In this document: positions 55,346-63,830 of the stretch, one piece after another
Layout: each line of letters starts with the position of its first letter
Position numbering within the stretch: the first letter of the stretch is position 1
IMG/VR virus record: IMGVR_UViG_3300005289_000016
Coordinates: 124,001-188,000 of that record
DNA: 64,000 nucleotides
Reading direction: 5' to 3' (one strand)
The notes under the pieces: generated by a model
What the model was told of the DNA's origin: nothing
Databases searched by the model: none
What the model saw: only the letters and a program-made list of their open reading frames with translations
Position numbers and translations under genes: made by a program

Positions 55346-56470
55346 ATGTCTCAAGCACAAATGCCGAAACTGTACGAGCGCACCAAGCGTGACGAAATGA
55401 CCTTCGGCATCCTGCCTGATTTCGTACCGAACGACCTGGTCGGCAACATGAAGGGCGATGCTCGCCTGTACGCCCCCAATGAAGTCCACGACCTGATGAT
55501 GGAAATGGATGCTGGTTTCGCTGGCATGCGCCGTTCCACCGTCGACAAGCTGGAAAACCTGCGTCAGTTGATCCTCTACACACTGGCCGGCAAGGTTGTC
55601 GGTGACACCGCTTACTGGGCCATGTACCAGCGCGCGGCAGGTGCTGAAGCTCAACTGAAAGACGGCTTCTCCATCGGCTTCGGTGGTCACCTGGAACGTC
55701 TGGATCTGGCATCGCACTACGTGGCCGGTCCTCAGGAAGGTCAACTGATGGAAGTGCCGGAAGTTCCTTCGAGCTTCTACACCACCCTGACCTCGGGCAT
55801 CCGTGAGCTGTCTGAAGAAGTGCGTTTCACTTCGCCAGAAGGCAAAGCGCGTCCACTGACCGAAGAAGAACAGCTGAAAGTCCTGGGCGCTGGCATGGGC
55901 CTGCCGGCAGGCCTCACTCACGAGAAGGTGGAAGCATTCACTGACGAACTGAAGCAAGATGCCATGATCGCCACCGATCTGTTCATCCTGCGTCGTGATG
56001 CAACCAACCCACAAGTCGGCACCTTCTTCACCGTGGGCGAAACCACCACCGAGCAACTGTTCACCGAAATCACCGGCAAGCCGCCGATCAGCCCTGAAAC
56101 TGCGGCTGAACTGAACAGCAACGTCGTGCCTTGCGGTTTCATCTCTGACCGCGACATGGACAAGCCTGGCTTCGTCGGCAACACCCACCTGGGCGTCATC
56201 GCCGTGTTCCGTGTCAAAGAAGACATGGACTTCAAGGTGATGGAAGAGAAATACACCACCATCGGCTGGAAGACCACCGCCGAAGTGATCGAAATGATCG
56301 GTCGTTGCGAGCCGTGGACTCAGTTCCTCTGCGAGCACTTCGAAGGCCTGGAAAAGGTACTGCGCGAACAGTGCCATACCGAACAGCCTCGCATGGATCA
56401 GCCAGAGGGTAACCTCGCTGACCAATTGGCTGCTCTGGCTGCCAACAACGACACCCAATTCCCACAATAA
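55346..56470 (+). CDS. Nudix-family phosphoesterase (COG4112-like) with insertion
   Basis: RQLILY...YQR..GAE..L...SIGFGGH...GIRELSEEV...GFISD...VG.THLG. Confidence 0.7.
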   Translation: MSQAQMPKLYERTKRDEMTFGILPDFVPNDLVGNMKGDARLYAPNEVHDLMMEMDAGFAGMRRSTVDKLENLRQLILYTLAGKVVGDTAYWAMYQRAAGAEAQLKDGFSIGFGGHLERLDLASHYVAGPQEGQLMEVPEVPSSFYTTLTSGIRELSEEVRFTSPEGKARPLTEEEQLKVLGAGMGLPAGLTHEKVEAFTDELKQDAMIATDLFILRRDATNPQVGTFFTVGETTTEQLFTEITGKPPISPETAAELNSNVVPCGFISDRDMDKPGFVGNTHLGVIAVFRVKEDMDFKVMEEKYTTIGWKTTAEVIEMIGRCEPWTQFLCEHFEGLEKVLREQCHTEQPRMDQPEGNLADQLAALAANNDTQFPQ

Positions 56471-56496
56471 CGCTGTACCCATTAGGAGCGACTCTG

Positions 56497-56745
56497 ATGT
56501 CCACTACTGTATCCGCTGAACAAGCACGTGCTGACGCTGTGACCTGCCTGACCGACGTCCGTCGCGATGCCAACGCTATCGAAGACAAGGCTCAGGCCAT
56601 CGACTTCGCTATCCAAGGTACCCTGACCATCGTCGACACCGCGATCGAAACCGTGTACGGCGAGCCGAACACCGTGACCCGCGATCTGGCCAAGCAACTG
56701 GCCGAAAGCTGGTCGTTCGAACCGACTGCTGAAGCAGCCGAGTAA
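56497..56745 (+). CDS. small acidic Ala-rich protein
   Basis: AGGAG RBS. Confidence 0.8.
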   Translation: MSTTVSAEQARADAVTCLTDVRRDANAIEDKAQAIDFAIQGTLTIVDTAIETVYGEPNTVTRDLAKQLAESWSFEPTAEAAE

Positions 56746-56756
56746 GCAAGTCTGGT

Positions 56757-56786
56757 GAGGGGCTTCGGCCCCTTGCCTTTATGCCG
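56757..56786 (+). terminator. UUCG terminator plus TATGCCG
   Basis: GAGGGGC-TTCG-GCCCCTT-GCCTTTATGCCG. Confidence 0.7.
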
Positions 56787-56844
56787 ATTCGAAACTTATC
56801 TGACGCTACATCATTCACGTGTATACACCTACCTAGGGGACACT

Positions 56845-57270
56845 ATGAAGTTGAAGAAGATTGCTTCGCAGCTTGCTCAGCTCATTGAGCGTGAACTCAA
56901 CAAGCAGATCGATCGCACTCCGGGTCAAGAACCGAATGCGTCCGTTCTGACCAATGACTCATTCGTTACTCTGTTTCGTGAATGGAAGATCACTTCGGGT
57001 AAACCGGTGATCCGTTACGAGACAGAGATGATGGGAGCAGGGCCATCACTGTACGTCCGACTGGACCGTGTGGTGTTTGCCGTCCTCCACAACTACGATG
57101 CCAACCCAGATGGGATGAATCGTTTCGTGATGGCTGTGCCACTCTACGTCGATGTAGAGAAAGGCGGGTTCATCGTCCTAGGGGTACAAGAAGCCCCGAT
57201 GGAATTCATTGCTAACGCTTACGAGAAGCTTGTAGAGATCCTCGCCGATCTGCACAACGCTTCCCTCTAA
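56845..57270 (+). CDS. hypothetical protein
   Basis: AGGGGA RBS before MKLKK. Confidence 0.8.
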   Translation: MKLKKIASQLAQLIERELNKQIDRTPGQEPNASVLTNDSFVTLFREWKITSGKPVIRYETEMMGAGPSLYVRLDRVVFAVLHNYDANPDGMNRFVMAVPLYVDVEKGGFIVLGVQEAPMEFIANAYEKLVEILADLHNASL

Positions 57271-57295
57271 CCGCACATACACCAGGAAACTCACC

Positions 57296-58036
57296 ATGCA
57301 AACCGTACCTGCAACCGTATTTGGCATCGCACGTAACGACGAAGTCGTCCAGATGTCGAGCCCAGATAACTACACGTTTCTTCCACTGCCCGGCGACTGG
57401 AAGCTGGCTGTGCTGAATGAAGCTGTGTTTTCCATGCTGGTCGAAAACGGCCATACCGAATTCGGCGTCATGTACAGCCCCGAAGCCGAGAAAGCATTCG
57501 GTTACATCGAACCCGACTTGACCAAGATCTCCCTCGATAAGGTCAAGCGGTTCTACGTCGATCCAACCACAGCTCACTTCTTGGGCTTGATGCTGGATTG
57601 GTCCACCGTTGGCATTGACGGCGGGACTTACGATGACCGAGATGGCAGGAACTGGACTCCGGTTGAAGACGAATGCTGGCACGGCGACATTGACTCCGTG
57701 ATCCTCAACCTCGTCATGCCGAAAGACGGCGGTGGCGCTTGCGGTTGTGGTGACAATGCCGGTGCGGTTGAAGCACTGGGCAAGTTCATCGAAACGCAGC
57801 GCAATCACCCGATCATCGTCACCGATGAAGCCCGTGACAAAGCCCGCAATGAAACCCTGTACGACAAAGGGATCAAGGGCAATGCTTTCCTCTTCATCGG
57901 CTACGTCCTGGACGCAGCTGGCTTCACCGAACACGGCGGTTCCGTCTACCACGGTTGGCTCGAACTCAAGGGCGTGTACCTCGCGTTCCTGATTGCCGAG
58001 TCCATCGCAGAAACCGCCCGCGTAAACGCCGAGTAA
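57296..58036 (+). CDS. hypothetical protein
   Basis: AGGA RBS; YVLD..GFTEHG.SVY..W. Confidence 0.85.
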   Translation: MQTVPATVFGIARNDEVVQMSSPDNYTFLPLPGDWKLAVLNEAVFSMLVENGHTEFGVMYSPEAEKAFGYIEPDLTKISLDKVKRFYVDPTTAHFLGLMLDWSTVGIDGGTYDDRDGRNWTPVEDECWHGDIDSVILNLVMPKDGGGACGCGDNAGAVEALGKFIETQRNHPIIVTDEARDKARNETLYDKGIKGNAFLFIGYVLDAAGFTEHGGSVYHGWLELKGVYLAFLIAESIAETARVNAE

Positions 58037-58087
58037 TCGGCGCTTTACCTTCGTACATTCATTCTGAAATTCATCAAGGAACTACCC

Positions 58088-59341
58088 ATGGATCGCAAGG
58101 CTTCTATCAGCATCAACAACTTCGACAACCACATGGTCATCCGCATGAACGATGAGTCCAACCTCATCGACCACGTGCCGGCCATGGTGTACAAGGCTTC
58201 CATAGGTCGTCCTGGCATCATCATGGTCAAGGACCGTCCGAACTTCACCTTGCCTCAACTGCGTTTTGGCAAGCACAATGCCCGCGTCAAGCAGATCACC
58301 GCCAGCTACGACCGTTTCGGTAAAAGCAACGGCGTCCTGCTGCACGGTCTGAAGGGGTCGGGCAAGAGCCTGTTGGCAGAAGAACTGGGTAACTGGATGA
58401 TCGCGCAAGATCTGCCGGTCATCATGGTCACTGAACCCATGGGTGCTGAAGAACTGGGTATCATCATCAAGGCCATCGGTCCTTGCATGGTGTACTTCGA
58501 CGAGTTCGGCAAGACCTACAACGAGAAGGTCGAACGTGAGCGTCTGCTGCCGCTGTTCAGCGACACGTCGTTCCTGGGTGTGATGTTCGTCATCACTGGC
58601 AACGAAGCGGAAGAGTTCTCCGACTACCTGGTCAACCGTCCGCAGCGTTTCCGTTACAACATCGGTTTCGGCACGAGCATCGACCTCGAAACCCTCCACG
58701 ACATCATGTCCAAGATGCAGGTCTCCGAGCATCTGCACAAGGCGTTCGAAGCGTACGTGAAGCGCGAAAGCGGCAAGTTGAACTTCGACTCACTGCTCTG
58801 CGTCATCCGTGAATCGGCTGGCTGCAAAGACGCCATCGAAGTCGCCGACATGTGCGAAATCCTCAACGTGCCAGATTTCCCACGGATGCAGTGGTTCATC
58901 TCGCATGTTGAGGTTGTTGACACTCCGGAAGACTACGTGGGCTTCGGCTACATGATGCACGGTATCCGCCACGGCCGCGGCGACATGTCGATCAAGATCC
59001 AGGAATCTCGCCGTAATGCGGACGTCTCGTTCCTGAGCTTCGGCAACGCTAAGTCCGACCCGCTCCTTAAAGACGCGATGCTGCACATCGAGAACCTCGA
59101 AGAGTCGGAAGGCACTCGCGTGGTCGAGTACAAGGGGCTTCGTACGTTCCGCATCACGCTGACCTACGGCTTTGAGTACAACAGCTCTACGCTCAACCTG
59201 TCCGCTGTTGACTCGTTCAACGAGAAGGACGAAAACAAACTTCCTGGCATCGGGCGCATGCACAGCGAGTCGGTTGTCGTTGACAGCGGTGAACAGGCTG
59301 CCATGTCGGGTAAGCACATCCACGGCCAACGCATCAATTAA
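58088..59341 (+). CDS. AAA+ ATPase
   Basis: Walker A GVLLHGLKGSGKS, Walker B MVYFDE, sensor/SRH FVITGN...NRPQRF. Confidence 0.88.
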   Translation: MDRKASISINNFDNHMVIRMNDESNLIDHVPAMVYKASIGRPGIIMVKDRPNFTLPQLRFGKHNARVKQITASYDRFGKSNGVLLHGLKGSGKSLLAEELGNWMIAQDLPVIMVTEPMGAEELGIIIKAIGPCMVYFDEFGKTYNEKVERERLLPLFSDTSFLGVMFVITGNEAEEFSDYLVNRPQRFRYNIGFGTSIDLETLHDIMSKMQVSEHLHKAFEAYVKRESGKLNFDSLLCVIRESAGCKDAIEVADMCEILNVPDFPRMQWFISHVEVVDTPEDYVGFGYMMHGIRHGRGDMSIKIQESRRNADVSFLSFGNAKSDPLLKDAMLHIENLEESEGTRVVEYKGLRTFRITLTYGFEYNSSTLNLSAVDSFNEKDENKLPGIGRMHSESVVVDSGEQAAMSGKHIHGQRIN

Positions 59342-59381
59342 TCCAACCCGCAACACCAACCCAAAGACTGAGGAGTCTTGC

Positions 59382-59705
59382 ATGAAAATCAAAGATATCG
59401 AGAAGCACCAAGCGATCCTGGCTTTCCTGGCCAAGGACAAGAAACCCTTCGAAGCCTTTGTAGCCAAGGCTGACAAGAAAGAGCTGGTGTTCCAAGTCGA
59501 CAAGACCATCCAGATGTCCGTGGAAGTCGAAGACTACGACAAAACCATCAAGGCCGGCTCCACCATCGCCATCGACGTCGAAACCGGCATCGTGACTCTG
59601 GTAGCCGAAACCGGCGTGGCTCCACAAGCCGAACTGCCGAAGTCCAGCCCTCGCAAATCCTGCTCCTCGCATGCCGAGTTGCAAGAATCCCGCGGCGGCT
59701 ACTAA
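59382..59705 (+). CDS. hypothetical protein
   Basis: GAGGAG RBS. Confidence 0.8.
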   Translation: MKIKDIEKHQAILAFLAKDKKPFEAFVAKADKKELVFQVDKTIQMSVEVEDYDKTIKAGSTIAIDVETGIVTLVAETGVAPQAELPKSSPRKSCSSHAELQESRGGY

Positions 59706-59713
59706 GCCTGCAT

Positions 59714-59748
59714 AGAGAGGACCTTCGGGTCCTCTCTTTATTTTTGGA
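59714..59748 (+). terminator. UUCG terminator
   Basis: AGAGAGGACC-TTCG-GGTCCTCTCT-TTATTTTT. Confidence 0.88.
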
Positions 59749-59754
59749 GTTCGT

Positions 59755-60279
59755 ATGACTGCTATTGTGTACCATGATGGGAAGTTGATCGGCGACCGCA
59801 AGCAGGTGGCCTTAACGATACCTACAGCATTCGAAGACGGTCCTAAGGTCTTCATCAGCCGCGATAAGCAATTCGCTTACGGTGCCACTGGCTCCGCCAT
59901 CCATGATTCCATTCGTGACGAATTGGAAGCACAACTCCGTATGGTTCTTGAACGTCTGGTCCTGGACAAACGAGACGTTGTTCCTCTTGCTGACATCATG
60001 GGTGACGACAAGATTGAATGCTTCACCCACGGCACCGTGATGACGCGTGACCATCAATGGGGCATCATGTCCTACGGTTCTCGCTTTCGTCGCTTAGAAG
60101 GCCATACACACGGCGTAGGGACGGGTGGGACACTGCTGGCCTCCATGTTGGTCTGCGGTATGTCGCTCAAAGACGCCATGCCTGTTGTAGAACGTCTGGA
60201 TCACTTGACCGGCACGAAGGTTGATGTGATTTACGCAAGCCGACTCAAGCCATTTGTTATCAAAGGGACGCCACTGTGA
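59755..60279 (+). CDS. HslV/proteasome-beta-like Ntn hydrolase
   Basis: M-T start (Thr1), ..DG..IGD, downstream K (GPKVF), GVGTGG (GSG motif), D..TG. Confidence 0.6.
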   Translation: MTAIVYHDGKLIGDRKQVALTIPTAFEDGPKVFISRDKQFAYGATGSAIHDSIRDELEAQLRMVLERLVLDKRDVVPLADIMGDDKIECFTHGTVMTRDHQWGIMSYGSRFRRLEGHTHGVGTGGTLLASMLVCGMSLKDAMPVVERLDHLTGTKVDVIYASRLKPFVIKGTPL

Positions 60280-60869
60280 ACTTCCTAATCTATCGCCGCG
60301 GCAAGATCGGTTTCCCTGAAACTCACCATGCCAACGAAGGGGTGCATTTCAAAGTGCTCGAGGCCGACCCTGACACCTACTTCAGTGATCAGGGCTTCAT
60401 CTATCCGCTGTCGGGCACCGGACCTAACATTGCGGACGTTGTCAGCGGACGTCTGCGCATGGCCAACCACCCTCGTGTCTCGATGAGCATGATGGCTTTC
60501 ATGATCACCAAGCAAGGGGCGATCACGCAAGTCGACATCTTCAAGAACAACACTCATCCGGATGAGAAACGCTGGACGTTGGACTTCCATGGGTTGCCTA
60601 AGGGCAATTCCACGTACGTCATGTGCTCAGACACCATGACTCGTGACTCGTTGTTGGGTGCACTGGCCGCGTGGAAGGATGAGGAGAAGTTCCAGAAGGA
60701 CACCAACGCCATGTCGGTCGCTTCAAATTATCCGATCGTGTGGTTTACTGTGGAAGAGATCATTGAACGTCTCAATAAACTCTACCCAGAGACCAACACC
60801 AAAGATGACGAAGACAACACTGCCTCCGGTCACCGCCGTCCCCGTAATCGGCCTCTCCCCCGACGGTAA
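60276..60869 (+). CDS. hypothetical protein (possible degenerate Ntn paralogue)
   Basis: GTGA-coupled to the Ntn gene; MNFLIYRRGK start echoes MTAIVYHDGK. Confidence 0.75.
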   Translation: MNFLIYRRGKIGFPETHHANEGVHFKVLEADPDTYFSDQGFIYPLSGTGPNIADVVSGRLRMANHPRVSMSMMAFMITKQGAITQVDIFKNNTHPDEKRWTLDFHGLPKGNSTYVMCSDTMTRDSLLGALAAWKDEEKFQKDTNAMSVASNYPIVWFTVEEIIERLNKLYPETNTKDDEDNTASGHRRPRNRPLPRR

Positions 60870-60934
60870 AATCACCATCACTTACAGGCCCATAAGCACA
60901 CCGGGTAAATAAATACGTTTTGCTCGTGATCTAT

Positions 60935-61810
60935 GTAGTAGCACTGTGACATCATCCAAGGATAGTGCCATTGTTCGGATCGTTCTTAGGTTCCGTGCGC
61001 CGCATCTGGTCGTCACTACAACGTCTTCTAAAGGCCGTGTCACTCGTGACGCCGCCGAATGAGACGGACGACCCGCCGCGCATTACCGGGACCGTTACAT
61101 CCGTTTCAGTGACTTCGGTGCCCTACCTCACGCATAAGGCGCGTGGAACGGTAGGTGCACCGTAGCACTGGAGACCTAAAATTACTGAGCGCCCATACCC
61201 TGCCCTCTAAGGAGCTACACGATCAGATCCCTTCGCGGCGCCGCCGTGTTGGCTTTGCTTACCTTGTCAGTCGCCCTGTCGGTACAGGCGGAACCTCAAA
61301 AGGACCGCTACCAGGACAAGGCCGTTACTGCGACGTCCGATAAGTCATTTCCTCACCACTCGACACTAGGTCTGTTGAGGGCTGTGCCATCCGTGGCGCG
61401 GTTAGAGGGAGTGCTCTTCATGGCACGTGAGTCGCAGCGACGGATAGCGACAGCTACGACCGGGAAGCCCAGCACGGGCACTGATAGGACTATCCAGCGC
61501 GTGCCTAAGGTGCACGTCGGCTGATCAATAGTCTGAGTTCAGTGAACTACATTGATGACTATTGATTCCGATTGAGTTCGGTTAAATTGGATGGCAATGG
61601 CCTCCAGTCTGATACTGACCTACGACTAAGTAACACAAGGCCTCGCACAATGCGAAGACGCGCTTGGTGAAAGGCCTCGGGGGATGAGGACGACAAGCGC
61701 TACACAGGGTTACGGGGCATCGTCGATAGTCGTTCCTATGGTGGGGTTGATCTCCCATTGAGGTGCGTCCGAACGATTGCCCCAAGACTTCTCTTTCTTT
61801 TTTTTGTTTT
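60935..61810 (+). ncRNA. candidate large structured non-coding RNA (about 870 nt)
   Basis: About 980-nt gap without a credible gene; starts at TATG; many nested helices; ends in a stem plus long U-tract. Confidence 0.6.
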
Positions 61811-61850
61811 GCCGGGGTACCAATCCTATAGTTACCATTTGAGGTGTCCC

Positions 61851-62153
61851 ATGTCTCTTGTTCAGATCTCTACCGCTTACGCCAATTCAAGTCCTCCAGG
61901 GCACCGGGATAACCCAGAACGCTGGATGGCTGCCCGTATCACCGCTAGTCACATGAACACCATGTTGCAGCTTATCAAGAAGTCATCCTTCGATAAGCTC
62001 TCTGGTGAAGAGTTCGACTCTGCCAAGCACCTGATGAAAACCATCCAAGGGGCTGCTGGCATCTTCATTGACGCACTGCATACCGCAGATAGCATTGACC
62101 AGCTCATTGACATCAACAATGAGTTCTACAAGATGGCCTGCACCAAATGCTGA
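61851..62153 (+). CDS. hypothetical protein
   Basis: GAGGT RBS before MSLVQ. Confidence 0.75.
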   Translation: MSLVQISTAYANSSPPGHRDNPERWMAARITASHMNTMLQLIKKSSFDKLSGEEFDSAKHLMKTIQGAAGIFIDALHTADSIDQLIDINNEFYKMACTKC

Positions 62154-62156
62154 CAT

Positions 62157-62185
62157 AGAGCCCGGGGAATCCCCGGGCTCTTTTG
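62157..62185 (+). terminator. rho-independent terminator
   Basis: AGAGCCCGGGG-AAT-CCCCGGGCTCT-TTT. Confidence 0.85.
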
Positions 62186-62264
62186 CCGTCTCGATTCGAT
62201 TCGAAATATTTTCAACAATACATGATTCCGATGAATAACCTACCCTGATCATTGGAGATCAAAC

Positions 62265-62591
62265 ATGAACCTGCTCGCTAAAGCTGTAGAATTGAAAGCC
62301 GCTCAAGAAGCTGCTAAACCAGTTGAGAAAGTATCTCTGCTGGCCCGTATCAAAGCTTACTTCCGTAAGCGTGCTGGCAAGAAAGCATACGAGGCTCTGA
62401 AACAAGCCAAGCGTGAAGAGAAAGCCCAACTGGCTCTCACCAACGCTGAACGTGCTGACTTGCTGGACAAAGAATCCGATGAGCTGATCATGCAGTCCAT
62501 CGGCGTGAAAGACAAAGCCAAGGTTGACGAACTGATTGAACTGGCTACTGCCAAGTCGATCGAAGCCGCTTCCCTGCGCGTAGCATTTTAA
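62265..62591 (+). CDS. Lys/Ala-rich helical protein
   Basis: GGAG RBS; highly biased codons. Confidence 0.85.
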   Translation: MNLLAKAVELKAAQEAAKPVEKVSLLARIKAYFRKRAGKKAYEALKQAKREEKAQLALTNAERADLLDKESDELIMQSIGVKDKAKVDELIELATAKSIEAASLRVAF

Positions 62592-62617
62592 TCCCCCGGA
62601 ACTGAAGGAGTTTCATC

Positions 62618-63337
62618 ATGGAAAAGCAAGTAGCCGTAATCGTTGGTGTTGGTGCTGTAGCCGCTGCTCTGGTTGGCGGTCTGGGTTGGAAGACTCTGAA
62701 GAACCGCACTGGCAGTGACAAACTGTCCCAAGAGGCCATGGACCAGCGCAAAGAAGAACTGCGTGCTCGTCTGGCAAACAAGATCACCCAGCCTGTAGAA
62801 GTACAGGTAGTTCACAAGGAAGCTGACCTCAGCACTCTGCGTGAAAGCGGTGTTCCAGTGTTGGCAAACATTGCCAGCCTGTTGGTCGAGACCACCGAAG
62901 CACCAACCATGGATCAGGTGGTGCAAACCATCCTCCATGCAGAAACACCTAAGGACATCGTCGAGGTGATCGAAGGTGCTCACGGTGAGAAGGTCGTCAG
63001 CATCTCCCGTCCTCGGGCGGTGACTGCTCCTGTACAACCCGATCAGACTCCGATGTTCTGGAGTTCGTTCGTGACCAAATTGCGTCGTCCCGATGTCATC
63101 GAGATGTCTTCGAAGGACTTCGATACGCGCAATGGAGACTTGGCTCGTGGGTACCACAAATGCCGCGTGGATGGCGTTGATGGTGTTCTGCACGTGACCA
63201 AGTCCAACGTCTCTGCCGTGCTGCACATGGGCGGAGATGAGTTCACCGGCATCAGTACTTCGGGTAGTCGCTTCAATGGCAAAGGGTTGGTTAACCTGAA
63301 CCATGAGCAAGCGAAGAACTTCTTGACCGGTCGTTGA
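62618..63337 (+). CDS. N-terminally membrane-anchored protein
   Basis: VAVIVGVGAVAAALVGGLGW TM segment; AAGGAG RBS. Confidence 0.85.
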   Translation: MEKQVAVIVGVGAVAAALVGGLGWKTLKNRTGSDKLSQEAMDQRKEELRARLANKITQPVEVQVVHKEADLSTLRESGVPVLANIASLLVETTEAPTMDQVVQTILHAETPKDIVEVIEGAHGEKVVSISRPRAVTAPVQPDQTPMFWSSFVTKLRRPDVIEMSSKDFDTRNGDLARGYHKCRVDGVDGVLHVTKSNVSAVLHMGGDEFTGISTSGSRFNGKGLVNLNHEQAKNFLTGR

Positions 63338-63405
63338 TATACCGCCATAATGGCACTTCACCATAACCCGGGACTCTGAGGGTCCCACTTGCAAGAGGCT
63401 TTACC

Positions 63406-63777
63406 ATGCGTCCTTTGAAACAAGCAATCTACTCCAGCCGTACTGCTGACAAGTTCGTTGTTCGTCTGCCTGATGGCATGCGTGAACGTATCGCAGAGGT
63501 TGCTAGGGATCACCATCGCTCAATGAACAGCGAGATCATTGCTCGCTTAGAGAAGAGCCTGGACCTGCCGGACGCTGAAGTGTTTGAAGTAGAAGCCCCG
63601 GAGGGTTCCATCTGGAATCCTTCCCTTCACAACTTGGTTCGTACCAAGGGTGGACAAATGGGCACTATCACGGAGTTCCGTGAAGTGTACAACAAGACAG
63701 CCGTCATCCAGGCTAAATTGGATCATCTGCATTGGCATGATCTCGGTGACTTGAAGCCGGTGTTTGTCAAAGCGTAA
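63406..63777 (+). CDS. amrZ: AmrZ (AlgZ)-like Arc/ribbon-helix-helix transcription regulator
   Basis: [52 protein letters not shown] is near-identical to the Pseudomonas AmrZ N-terminal domain as I recall it; C-terminal half unrelated. Confidence 0.9.
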   Translation: MRPLKQAIYSSRTADKFVVRLPDGMRERIAEVARDHHRSMNSEIIARLEKSLDLPDAEVFEVEAPEGSIWNPSLHNLVRTKGGQMGTITEFREVYNKTAVIQAKLDHLHWHDLGDLKPVFVKA

Positions 63778-63783
63778 CGGAAT

Positions 63784-63830
63784 AGATCAGGGACCTTCGG
63801 GTCCCTGATCTTTAGTTCCTTTTTTCTTTG
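63784..63830. terminator. bidirectional UUCG terminator
   Basis: AGATCAGGGACC-TTCG-GGTCCCTGATCT plus T-tract, between convergent genes. Confidence 0.88.

Noticed and set aside
61246-61524. 92-aa ORF with a signal-peptide-like start inside the candidate large RNA
   Set aside because: No RBS at suitable spacing and many codons rare in this genome (AGG, CGA, ATA, CTA, TTA); it overlaps the helices. Not fully excluded without ribosome profiling
60935-61810. Group I/II intron, tmRNA or RNase P identity for the large structured region
   Set aside because: GACTA/TAGTC is better explained by a local 10-bp hairpin; GTGCG is present but no domain V; no tRNA-like ends or GAGGAAAGTCC; no interrupted gene
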